Assembly: GCA_963793305.1 (NCBI GenBank)
Contig: CAWBZV010000005.1
Coordinates: 864,001 to 928,000 of the forward strand
Direction of reading: 5' to 3'
From: an uncultured Gemmatimonadales bacterium
GTDB taxonomy: Bacteria > Gemmatimonadota > Gemmatimonadetes > Gemmatimonadales > Gemmatimonadaceae
Length of the DNA: 64,000 nucleotides
How positions within the stretch are numbered: the stretch's first letter is position 1; each line of letters opens with the position of its first letter. This document shows positions 1 to 10,569 of this stretch, piece by piece. Position numbers and translations under genes: made by a program. The notes beneath the pieces are model-generated. The model was not told the DNA's origin. It ran no database searches and saw only the letters and a list, made by a program, of their open reading frames with translations.

Positions 1-12
1 CTTCATGGACAT
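1..12 (-). CDS. 5' end of a gene running off the left edge (MSMK...)
   Basis: Minus strand reads GAGGAGG-AATCA-ATG TCC ATG AAG, a strong Shine-Dalgarno plus start; product unknown. Confidence 0.4.
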
Positions 13-94
13 TGATTCCTCCTCGAGAGTGGTTGGAGACATGGTCTCGAGTCTAGCGCCACCCGCGAACACTTTGCGTTCCCCAGTTGGGGAG

Positions 95-1006
95 TCAAAT
101 CGTTCGCATCGCTCCCATCCACTCGGGCCGATGCGCCGTACCGTCGAACATCTCGGTGGTCTTGAACGGCTCATACTCCCCGGTCATCGCCTGCTCACGC
201 GTTCGCGCGAGCAATGCGGTGATCTGAGAGTCGCTCAGTGGGGAGAACGTATCCACGGCCTGGATCGCCTGGTCGAGCCGCGCCATGCTCTCACAGCCGT
301 TGATGACGACCGACGTCGGCAGGCTCAGCGCGTAGTGGAGGCACTCGATCGCGGTGACGGTGCCGGCCCGCAAGATGTTGCCATCGCCCAATGGCTTCAT
401 GCCAAGCACCGCGATGCCCTGCTCGACTAATCGCGGCAGCACCTGTCGACCAAAGCTCCGAAAGTGCGCGTCCATGACATTCAGGGGCATCTGACACGCA
501 TCAAACGCAAACCCGTGGGCCGCCGCGACGTCCAGCATGCGCAGATGAACGACGGGATCCTTGTGCCCGGTGAAGCCGATGTACCGCACCTTGCCGGCTT
601 GCCTGGCGGCGAGCACCGCCTCGAGCGCTCCCTCGCGCGCGAAGAAGCGGTCCGGGTCTTCCATACGAATGTTCTCGTGGAACTGGATCAGATCGACGTG
701 GTCCGTCTGGAGCCGTCGCAGCGACTCATCGATCTGTTGCGCCGTCGCCTGCTTGGTGCGTCCATCGAACTTCGTCATCAGGAAGACTTTCTGGCGGTAT
801 CCATCGCGCAACGCCCATCCCATGCGGCGCTCGCTTTCACCGTCGAAGTAATCCCACGAGTTGTCCATGAACGTGATGCCGCGATCGATGGCCGCGCGGA
901 TGATGCGGATGCCTTCGTTCGGGTCTCGCGGCCGGCCGATGTGGTGACCGCCCAGTCCAATGGCCGACACCCGTTCGCCGGTCTTTCCCAGTGTGCGATA
1001 CTGCAT
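95..1006 (-). CDS. Aldo/keto reductase
   Basis: YRTLGKTG.VSAIGLG start, GITFMDNSWDY, SLRRLQTDHVDL, GKVRYIGFTGH. Confidence 0.9.
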   Translation of the reverse strand: MQYRTLGKTGERVSAIGLGGHHIGRPRDPNEGIRIIRAAIDRGITFMDNSWDYFDGESERRMGWALRDGYRQKVFLMTKFDGRTKQATAQQIDESLRRLQTDHVDLIQFHENIRMEDPDRFFAREGALEAVLAARQAGKVRYIGFTGHKDPVVHLRMLDVAAAHGFAFDACQMPLNVMDAHFRSFGRQVLPRLVEQGIAVLGMKPLGDGNILRAGTVTAIECLHYALSLPTSVVINGCESMARLDQAIQAVDTFSPLSDSQITALLARTREQAMTGEYEPFKTTEMFDGTAHRPEWMGAMRTI

Positions 1007-1014
1007 CCTTCAGG

Positions 1015-1419
1015 CTACGGTTGCGGCTCCAGCTTGTCGAGGATCACCAATCGGACGACACGCTCCAGCTCGGCGATCTCGAATGGCTTGGACACGACGG
1101 CGGATCCGGTCGAGGTCAGCGCATCACGCACCAGATCGCTGACATCACCCGTCAGAAACACCGTGCGCCGTGCCAGGTGTGGCTGGATCGTTATCGCCCT
1201 CGCGTAGAGTGCATCGCCGCGTACGTCCGGCATGTGAAAATCCATCAATAGCCCATCGAACCATTGGTGGTGGAGCTCTACGATCGCCGCGGCGCCACTG
1301 TCCGCGACGACGGTATCCAGTCCACGACGGCGGAGGAGCTCTGCAATAGGGCGGGCAAGGCCTGGCTGATCATCGACGATCAGCACTGTTGGCGTTCGGT
1401 TTGGTGTTGGTCTCGTCAT
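1015..1419 (-). CDS. Single-domain response regulator receiver protein
   Basis: VLIVDD, LLMDFHMP (phospho-Asp), FLTG, SKPF; ATG at 1419 preferred to the ORF-track start, which overlaps the divergent gene. Confidence 0.8.
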   Translation of the reverse strand: MTRPTPNRTPTVLIVDDQPGLARPIAELLRRRGLDTVVADSGAAAIVELHHQWFDGLLMDFHMPDVRGDALYARAITIQPHLARRTVFLTGDVSDLVRDALTSTGSAVVSKPFEIAELERVVRLVILDKLEPQP

Positions 1420-1531
1420 GCAAGCAGGATGCGCCGCTTGCAAATCCCGAAGGTATTCCCTGTCCGGGGAGGGCGAGGTATACCCGATGTGGCGATGACC
1501 GCGGCACCAGCGACTGCGTATCGTTGGACTC

Positions 1532-1906
1532 ATGATAACACGACTGCTCATTGTGGCCGCTATGGGGATGCACGCCAGCGTCGCCCGCGGTCAATCAGAT
1601 TCGATCGAGGCGGCCCGCGCGGTGGGACAAGCCGAGGCAGCACTCGATTCCGCTCGCCGCTCCGTCGACGCGGTCACCGGACCGGTGGAGCTTGCCGCTC
1701 GCGCATACGCGGTCGCCGCCGCGCGACTCCGGTTGGGTGACTACGATGGCGCTCGTGAGCTAGCGAACGTCGCGTTGGCCGAAGCGCGGAACGCCAAGAA
1801 GGGGCCGGTCCGCGATCATTTCGACCGGGCACCCGTCGGCGCGGGAGCGCCGCCTCTCGCCGATTCCATTCCGTTCGGCGTCACCCCCGTTCCTGCTCAC
1901 CCGTAG
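1532..1906 (+). CDS. Hypothetical exported protein
   Basis: Signal-peptide-like MITRLLIVAAMGMHASVARG/Q, Ala-rich helical body, fills the intergenic gap. Confidence 0.55.
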   Translation: MITRLLIVAAMGMHASVARGQSDSIEAARAVGQAEAALDSARRSVDAVTGPVELAARAYAVAAARLRLGDYDGARELANVALAEARNAKKGPVRDHFDRAPVGAGAPPLADSIPFGVTPVPAHP

Positions 1907-4825
1907 GGCACCGTCAGTGAGACCTCGGTGCCTTTGCCCTCCTCGCTCGTAACGCGCAGCGTGCCATGCGCCTGCTCGACTCGCTCCCGCATGCCCAGCA
2001 GCCCCCAGTGTCCGGCGTACGATCGATACGACGGATCGACGTGGAAGCCGCATCCGTCGTCGCGCACGGTCAACCGAACAACGCGCCGCTCATAGATCAA
2101 CGCCACCCACGCCCCATGCGCGGACGCATGCTTGACCGTGTTCGACAATGCCTCTTGGGCTGTCCGGAGCAGCACGCCCTCGATATCCGGCGAGAGCGGA
2201 CGTGGCCGGCCGGACACGGTCCACTCCAGCTCCAGCCCGGATCCGGCGAGCGTCTGCCGCGCGGCATGCTCCAGCGCGGTCGTGAACGAGCCTTCGGTCA
2301 AGGCGGGCGCCCGCAAGTCCCACACGGCCTGCCGCGCGTCGGCGATCGTCCGCTGCGCGAGCGTCAGGACATCGTCGAGCGGCTTCGTGTAGTCGGCGGG
2401 CGCGTTCAATCGGCGTGTGGCCGCGCGGAGCGACAGCGCCACTCCGGCGAATCCTTGCAAGAGCGTGTCGTGGATCTCGCGCGCCAATCGGGTCCGCTCC
2501 GCGAGCACGGCCGCGAACCGTGCTTCGAGCACGCGCGTCCGCGCCTGGAGCACCGCCGCGACGGCCAACACAAGAGCGATAGCGGCCGCGATCAGAAACC
2601 ATGGCGTCAGATAAAATGGTGGCAGCACGCGAAACGCGATGGCCGCGCCGTTGGCGCTCCACGGCCCATCGGCGGGCCGGGCCGCGACGGAAAACTGATA
2701 TCGTCCGGGCGACAGATTCGTGTACGACGCGGTGCGCGAAGCGCCGGCGTCGACCCATGTGGTGTCGAACCCACCGAGCCGATATCGAAACCGCAGGTGG
2801 AGTCCCTCACGCAGGCTCACGGCGGTATACTCGAATTCGAGGCGGCGCGCGGCGGGGCTAACAGTCAGCGCTGCGCCGTTGGGCGTCGGAACGCCGTCTA
2901 TCGTAACGCGTTCGATGTGCACGACGGGCGGGTCCGGGTCCTCATGTACCACCGCCGGATCGAACGAAACCAACCCGCGCTCCATCGCGAACCAGAGCCG
3001 CCCATTCGCCGCCGTGGCGGTTGGCTGCTGCACACCGACCGCGATCTCCGGGCTCGGTAGACCATCGGCCGGCATGAACGTCGGCACGGGCCCGAGCTGC
3101 GCTGGCCGGCCGCGGCCCACCGAGTCGGCGACCGCATTGAGCTCGGCCAGTGGCACGCGCCTGATCCCGCGGAATCCAGCCAACCAGAGATGGCCGCTCC
3201 CATCCTCGGCCATCGCGGTCACGAGCTCCGGTACCAAGCCGTTCTCGCTGCGAATCGTGACCAATCGCCCGCCGGCGATCCGAGTCAGGCCCCCGATCGT
3301 GCCGGCCCACACGGCGCCGTCCGTGGTACCGAGGAGCGAGGTCACGACGCTCGCACCCAAGCCATCCGCGACGCGATAGCTCGTGATCTTCGGCAGATCG
3401 ATCCGGGACACACCGCTCGACGTGCCTGCCCAGAGGACACCGTGTCTGTCTTCCATAAGGGAAGAGACAACGCTGTCCGCCAAGCCATCGCGTTCGGTAT
3501 ATGTTGTCAGCTGCTCATGCCACAATCGTCGGAGCCCAACGCGAGTCGCGATCCAGATTCCACCCGCGTGATCGGCGAGCACCGCGTTCGCGGCCCCCGT
3601 CGGATATGCGTGCCACGATCCGGCACGGTAGCGCAGCACACCTGAGTCGCGTCGCCCGATCCATACCGAGCTATCCGGCGCGACAGCGATCGAGGAGACG
3701 ATGTCGGTTGGGCGCATAGAGACGAACGCGCCACTGTCGGCGTGCGCTCGTCGATAGAGACCACCCGTGCGTGGCGCCATCCAGAACGCGCCGGACCGAT
3801 CGATCGCGATCGCCCCGGGCGCATCCGTGGGCGACCCGTTCTGTTCTGTGAGCGGCGACAACTCCACCGAATGGAATCGGTTGAGCCCGTGCCGGGTGCC
3901 GACCCACACGTTCCCTTGCGCGTCGACGTACGCACAGAGGACATCGTCGTTCGTGAGGAGGCGCTTCTCGGCCGTGAGTTGGGTCAATCGACCCGCGTCG
4001 TAGCGGTACAATCCGGCGCCCTGTGTGCCGATCCAGAGCCCCCCATCGCGATCCTCGGCCAGAGCTTTCACGACCGCATATCGCGCGGTACTGATGAGCG
4101 ACACGCGCTCAATGCGACCGGATGCGATATGGACGATCCCATTCGTGGCGCCGGCCCAAATCGTTCCATCGCGTGCGCGTAGAATCGCGCCGACGTTCTC
4201 ATCCGGGAAGACGCGCGTCGCGGTTCCATCGCGTGGGCGGACGTTGACCAGCCCATACCCGCCGAATCCCAGCCACAGCTGACCGCTATCGCCCGCGACG
4301 ATGGATTGCCCGGTCGCCCGCGGCAATCCGTTGATCGATACCGGCGCGAGCCGCGAGCCATCTCGCCGCAGCAGTCGACCGTGATCCGTCAGCCCCCACA
4401 GAGTGCCACTCGCATCTTCGGTCAGTCCGACGATCGACTCGCCCACGACCGAATCATCGAGCGCGGCATCGCGGACGAAGCGCCCGTCGGCGTACCTCAC
4501 CAACTCGCGATCGGTGGCGATCCATAACACGCCAAGCCGGTCGCCGAGCATCGGCTGGATCGCGTAGTCGATCCGTCCGTGAAACGGCGGATCGTTGTGA
4601 TCGAACGTCGTAAATCGCACGCCGTCGAATCGCGTCGCGCCATTGGTCGTCGCCAGCCACAGATAGCCGTCGCCGCTCTGGGCGATGCGCAAGACGACAT
4701 TGACGGGCAACCCATGCTCGGCCCGCCAGAACGTTGACCCGGTAGCCGTCGACGGCCGCTACGGTCTCCTGCGCGCGCGCTACGCCGGTGAGCCCGACCA
4801 CGGCGAGCAGGGCGACTCCTCGCAT
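1897..4825 (-). CDS. Sensor histidine kinase with beta-propeller/Y_Y_Y sensor domain and HisKA_3 core (apparent +1 frameshift near 4730)
   Basis: Repeated D..G.LWIGT..GL blades, ASYTNLSPGRYQF, TM segment, AREIHDTLLQG, QEALSN, DDGCGF. Signal peptide MRGVALLAVVGLTGVARAQ (ATG 4825) joins WRAEHGLPVN if one base is removed from AACGTTCTGG. Confidence 0.88.
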
Positions 4826-4913
4826 GACCCCGAATCTATACCCCAGTCGGGGAGGGCCAAGACTCCGCACCGAGGGAATCCTATTCGGTGCCTGGCGGAA
4901 CCAACGTACACCC

Positions 4914-6179
4914 ATGACACGCGTTCTCGTACTGCTAGCGGCGGCGGCGCCATGCCTGGCGCAGGAGCCGGTCACGCGTATGGGGCTCGATGAGGTGGTC
5001 ACCGCCACTCTGCGAAATAGCCCCATCCTCGCACAGGCGAGCGGCACCGTCCGCTCGGACCGGTCATTGGAGCGCGTCGCGGTTGGCAATTTCCTGCCAT
5101 CCGCCACGCTCAATTCCGGCTACCTCCAATCGAACCAGATCATCGCGACGGCCTCCGGTGCCTACAGCGCCCAGAACTACTCGGCCGGACTCGCCGGATC
5201 GCTCGACCTGTTCACGGGCGGACGCCGCCGCGCGCAAATCAGTGCCGCGCAAGCGAACACCCGCTCGGCCGACGCGTCCCTCATCTCGACGCGGTACGCG
5301 GTCGCGCTCACCGCCCAGAGTGCGTTTTTTGCAGTGCAGCACGCACGCGACATTGTCGATGTCGGACAGACGAGTGTGGCGAACGCCGAGCGAGCGCTGC
5401 AGTACGTGAACAGTCAGCTGCAGAGCGGGACCGCGACGAAGGCCGATCTGCTCCTCGCGCAATTCAACCTCACCGTTGCGCGCCAGCAGCTCATCGCCGC
5501 ACGCGATACCCTTGCGACGACGGAGTATGCACTTGGACGCCTCGTCGGCGTCGACGGCGCGGTCGATGCGGTCGGCTCCGACTCGCTGCCCAGTCCCACG
5601 CTGGCGCTATCGGATTCAGTACTCCTCGCCCTCGCCGCACACGACGCGCCCGTAGTCAAGGCGGCCGACGAGTTCGCCACCGCGACGCGCGCCGACACCC
5701 GCGCGGCTCGTACGGAGTACATCCCGACGATCACCCTCACGGGTGGCTACGACTGGGCCACGCAGTCGCGGTTCAACGGCGCCGTCCGCCCCGGGTACTT
5801 CGTGGCGGTCGGCACGTCGTTCCCTCTCTTCAATGGATTTCAGCGCGAGAATACCGTCGAGCAGGCGTCCGTGACCGAGACCGTTGCACGCGCGCAAGAC
5901 CTCGACGAACGCCGGTTCGCCCGCGCCGAAGCGGCGCGGTTGCTCTCCGATGTCCGGGCTACGTGGGATCAACTCACGCAAGCCACGGAGGCGGTGCGCG
6001 TGACGACCGAGGACGTGCGGGTGCAGAGTGCCCGATATCAGGCCGGCGTGGCGACGTTCCTGGACTTGAGCACCGCGGAGCTGAACGAAGCGCAGGCCGG
6101 CGCGATGTTGGCGTTGGACCGGCAGTTGTACCTCATCGCCCGTGCGTCGCTCGAGGCGCTCGTGGGCCGGAGTCTCTGA
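4914..6179 (+). CDS. TolC-family outer membrane efflux protein
   Basis: Signal peptide MTRVLVLLAAAAPCLAQ; LP-x-L, DLFTGG, PLFNGF and RYQAGVATFLDL outer-membrane-factor repeats; directly upstream of RND gene. Confidence 0.85.
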   Translation: MTRVLVLLAAAAPCLAQEPVTRMGLDEVVTATLRNSPILAQASGTVRSDRSLERVAVGNFLPSATLNSGYLQSNQIIATASGAYSAQNYSAGLAGSLDLFTGGRRRAQISAAQANTRSADASLISTRYAVALTAQSAFFAVQHARDIVDVGQTSVANAERALQYVNSQLQSGTATKADLLLAQFNLTVARQQLIAARDTLATTEYALGRLVGVDGAVDAVGSDSLPSPTLALSDSVLLALAAHDAPVVKAADEFATATRADTRAARTEYIPTITLTGGYDWATQSRFNGAVRPGYFVAVGTSFPLFNGFQRENTVEQASVTETVARAQDLDERRFARAEAARLLSDVRATWDQLTQATEAVRVTTEDVRVQSARYQAGVATFLDLSTAELNEAQAGAMLALDRQLYLIARASLEALVGRSL

Positions 6180-6181
6180 CC

Positions 6182-9100
6182 ATGATGAAGATCGTCATCC
6201 TCGCCCTGCGCCGCCCGTACACGTTTATCTGCGGCGCGATCTTGGTACTACTGTTGGGGGTCTTCGCCATTACAAGAATGCCGGTGGACATCTTCCCGGC
6301 GATCGATCTCCCGGTGGCCACCGTGGTCTGGACGTTCAACGGCCTGGATCCGGAGCAGATGGAGCAGCGCATCACCACGATCACCGAGCGCATCTTCTCC
6401 AATTATGTGAGCGGGGTCGAGCACATCGAGTCGCGGTCGTACAACGGCGTCGCGACGATCAAAATCTACTTTCACCCCGGGACGAACACCGCGATCGCCA
6501 TGGCGCAGTTGACGGCGTCGGCCCAATCGGTCGTCCGCATCCTGCCGACCGGGATCACGCCGCCGGCGATCCTGTTGTACAACGCGACGGATGCACCGGT
6601 GCTGCAGGTGGGCGTCGGCAGCAAGACGTTGAGCGAAGATCAGCTCAACGACATCGCGGGCACCACGGTGCGTACTCCGCTCGCGACCGTCGGCGGCGTG
6701 ACGATCCCGCCACCCTACGGCGGTCGGCCTCGTCTCGCCATGGTCGACATCAACCTGAACACATTGTACGCGAAGGGGCTGAGTCCGGCGGACGTGAGCA
6801 CGGCCATCAACAACTCGAGCGTGATTCTTCCCACCGGCACCGCCAAGATGGGAAGCAAAGAGTACACGATCGGACTCAATACGACACCCGACTCGATCGA
6901 GCGGCTCAACGACATCCCGATCAAAGTCGTGAACGGCGCGATGGTGTACGTCCGGGACGTGGCCAACGTGCGGCTCGGCGCCGGCGTGCAGACGAACATC
7001 GTGCGCGAGAACGGCCGCCGCGGCACCTACCTGGCCGTGCTCAAAACGGGCGCTGCCTCGACACTGGCCGTGGTCGACGGCATCAAGGCGCTGCTCCCGC
7101 ACTTGAGGCAACTCGTGCCGCCGGGCGTCGATCTCACCATCCAGGCCGATCAGTCGATCTTCGTGAAGGCGGCGATCAGCGGCGTCGTCACGGAGGCCTG
7201 CATCGCCGGTTGCCTGACCGCGCTCATGATCCTCCTCTTCATCGGCAGCTGGCGATCGACGCTCATCGTGGCGACATTGATTCCGCTGGCGATCCTGTGC
7301 TCGATCATCTGCCTCATGATCTTCGGGCAGACGTTGAATCAGATGACACTGGGCGGCCTGGCGCTCGCCGTCGGCATCTTGGTGGACGACGCGACGGTCG
7401 AGATCGAGAATATCAACCGCCACGCCGAGCTGGGCTCGGAGATCCTGCAAGCGATCGTCGACGCGGCGAGCGAGATCGCGACGCCGGCGTTCGTCGCGAC
7501 GCTGTCGATCTCGATCGTGTTCATGCCGATTTTCCTGCTGACGGGACCCGCGGCGTCGCTCTTTCGTCCGCTGGCGATGGCCGTGGTGTTCGCCGTCCTG
7601 GCATCGTACCTCTTGTCGCGGACGATCGTGCCGACGATGGCCCGCTACCTGCTCGCGCACGAGTACCAACAGACGAAAACGACGCCCGGAGTGTTCGGTC
7701 GAGTCTATCAACGATTCAACCACCACTTCGACCAGTTCCGGCACGGGTACTTCGATCTGCTGGGTTGGGTCATGGTGCGGCGCCGAGTGGTGCTGATCGG
7801 GGCAGGCGTCTTCTGCCTCGGTACGTTCGTCCTGCTGCCGTTCATCGGCGAGGATTTCTTCCCGTCAGTCGATGGCGGACAGTTCGACTTGCACGTCCGC
7901 GCGCCGGCGGGCACGAAGCTCGAGGAGACCGAGCAGATGTTCGAGCGGATCGAGGCCGAGATCCATAAGGTCATCCCGGCGAGTGACCTGGACCTCGTGT
8001 CGGACGACATCGGCCTCAACAGCAATCAAGTCGCGCTCGCCACCGGCGAGTCCGCCACACTCACGCCGGCTGATGGCGACATTCTCGTCGGTCTCAAGCC
8101 GAATCACAAGCCGACGATTCACTACATGCGCCAGCTCCGCGATATGCTGCCCAGGGAGTTTCCGGGCCTCACGTTCTTTTTCGCGCCCTCCGACCTCGTC
8201 AGCTCGGTGCTCGATCTTGGGCTGCCGGCGCCGATCGACGTACAGGTCTATTCGGGAAGCGTCGACAAGCGTCCCGCATACGATGTCGCGGTGGCGCTCG
8301 CCGACAAGATCAAGCACGTGCCGGGCGCGGTCGACGTGCGCGTCGGACAGGTGATGGACTATCCCCAGATCTTCTACAACGTCGATCGCGATCGCGCCCT
8401 CCAGCTCGGCCTCACGGAGCGCGACGTCGCGTCGGGTGTGCTCGTCTCGCTGTCTTCGAGCGGTCAGACCGCGCCGAATTTTTACGTCGATCCAAAGACC
8501 GGCACCAGTTACCAGATCACGGTCCAGACGCCCCAATACAAAATGACATCGATGGACCAACTGGCCAGCACCCCGATTACGCCGGGCCCACAGCTCTTCG
8601 GCAATCTCGCGATGCCAGTGCGCAAAACGGAGATGGCGGCGGTGGATCACTACAACGTGACGCCGGTGTTCGACGTCTATGCGTCGACAGACCGGCGCGA
8701 CCTGGGCGGCGTCGCGACGGACATCGACAAGATTGTCGCGGCTGCCAAGCCGACACTGCCCCGCGGCGCCCAGATCGTGGTCCGGGGTCAGGTGCAGAGT
8801 ATGCGGTCGTCGTTTCTGGGCCTCGGACTCGGCATCGCCGGCGCCGTCATCCTCGCCTACATCCTCATGGTGGTGAACTTCCAGTCGTGGCTCGACCCGC
8901 TCGTGATCGTGCTCGGACTGCCCGGCGCGTTGGCGGGAATTCTCTGGATGCTGTTCGCCACCGGCACGACATTCACCGTACCGGCGCTCATGGGCACGAT
9001 CATGGCGGTCGGCGTCGCGACGTTCGAACAGCATTCTCCTCATCGTTTTCGCCGAGGATCAGCGACGAGCCGGAAGCTCCGCGATGGAGGCGGCCATGGA

Positions 9101-9353
9101 GGCGGGTTACACGCGACTCCGACCCGTCTGCATGACGGCACTGGCCATGATGATCGGCATGATGCCCATGGCCCTCGGCATGAGCGATGGCGGAGAGCAG
9201 AATGCACCGCTTGGTCGGGCCGTCATTGGCGGACTCATGGTCGCCACGGTCTTTACCCTGGTTATCGTTCCCGTTCTCTACACCATGATCCGCACGGGTC
9301 CGGCTCCTGTCGAGACGGCCGTGCCGGAGGTCAGCGTCAATGAGCGCCACTGA
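6182..9353 (+). CDS. RND efflux transporter permease, AcrB/CusA superfamily (apparent +1 frameshift near 9023)
   Basis: ALRRPYTF, MPVDIFPAID, GILVDDATVEIENI. Removing one T from ACGTTCGAAC restores GVATSNSILL and joins the RLRPVCMT...PMAL C-terminus (ORF 9084..9353). Confidence 0.9.
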
Positions 9354-10569
9354 GACGACCCCAACCCCTCGCCCAGTCCCGAAGCGGCGGCTCGTCATGG
9401 GGGGTGCATTCATTCTGGTCCTGCTGATCGGGGCGACTATTGCCGGCACCGTGCCGCGGATCGCGACGCAGCATGCCCTCGCCCGCGTCGCGGCGGTCGA
9501 CACGATCCCCACGGTCAACGTCGTGAGCGTGGCGCGAGCCGGCGCCGCATCATCATTGACCTTGCCCGGCACGCTCCAGCCGGTGCACCAGGCGGCGATC
9601 TATGCCCGGGCGACGGGCTACGTAAAAAAATTCTTCGTCGACTTGGGAAGCACGGTGCGCGCGGGGCAGGTGCTCGGTATCATCGAGACACCGGATCTCG
9701 ATCAGCAGCTCACCCAGGCGCGGGCGATTCTCGCCCAGGATCAATCGATGCTGGCGCTCAATCGCACAGAGGATCAACGCTGGCAGCAGATGGTGAGGGA
9801 CAGCGTCGTCACCGTCGAGCAGTATGACCAGAAGCGTCAGGCGTATCAGGGATCCCAGGCCTCGGTCTTGGGCGACCAGGCCAACGTTGACCGTTTGAGC
9901 GCACTCGTGGGGTTCGAGCGGATCGTCGCGCCGTTCAATGGTGTCATCACCTCGCGCAACATCGACGTGGGCGCGTTCGTCACGGCGACGGGCGGTCAAA
10001 GTGCCGCGCTGCCGTCCGGGAGCAGTGTCGCTCCGACCAGCCTGTTCGGGATAACGCAGACGGACACCATGCGCGTGTATCTCTCGGTACCCGAGGCCGA
10101 CGCGCCATCGGTCCGACCGGGCGAGACGGCGCAGATCCTGGTCAGCGAGCTCCCCAACGACACATTTACCGGTCGCGTCGTGCGCACGGCGCGCGCCGTG
10201 GATCCGGCGTCGCGCACGCTCCTCACCGAAGTACAGGTCGTGAACGCAACGGACAAGCTCGTCCCCGGCATGTACGCCAGGGCGACGCTTGGGTTCGACC
10301 GCCAGACGCCGCCACTGACCGTTCCGGCGTCAGCCGTGCTGTTCCTTCCGGCGGGGCTCACCGTCGCCGAGATCGATTCGGATCACGTCGTCCAACGGCG
10401 CGTGATCGATGTCGGACGCGATTTCGGATCGTACTTCGAGGTCCTGTCGGGGGTGCATGAGGGGTCGCTGTTGCTCGATAATCCTTCCGATGCGGTTCCC
10501 AATGGCACCCGCGTGCGGTGGCAAGTGCACGCGGACACGACGCGCGCCCAACCAGTCACGGTGAAATGA
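9340..10569 (+). CDS. RND periplasmic adaptor (membrane fusion protein)
   Basis: N-terminal TM, IYARATGYV...V..GQVL lipoyl half, IVAPFNGVITSRNID, DPASRTL, LVPGMYA. Confidence 0.9.
   Translation: MSATETTPTPRPVPKRRLVMGGAFILVLLIGATIAGTVPRIATQHALARVAAVDTIPTVNVVSVARAGAASSLTLPGTLQPVHQAAIYARATGYVKKFFVDLGSTVRAGQVLGIIETPDLDQQLTQARAILAQDQSMLALNRTEDQRWQQMVRDSVVTVEQYDQKRQAYQGSQASVLGDQANVDRLSALVGFERIVAPFNGVITSRNIDVGAFVTATGGQSAALPSGSSVAPTSLFGITQTDTMRVYLSVPEADAPSVRPGETAQILVSELPNDTFTGRVVRTARAVDPASRTLLTEVQVVNATDKLVPGMYARATLGFDRQTPPLTVPASAVLFLPAGLTVAEIDSDHVVQRRVIDVGRDFGSYFEVLSGVHEGSLLLDNPSDAVPNGTRVRWQVHADTTRAQPVTVK

Noticed and set aside
5963..9343. 1126-aa ORF as the true RND protein
   Set aside because: Its N-terminus overlaps tolC and its C-terminus after about 9023 is out of frame; the real gene is 6182..9353 with one extra base
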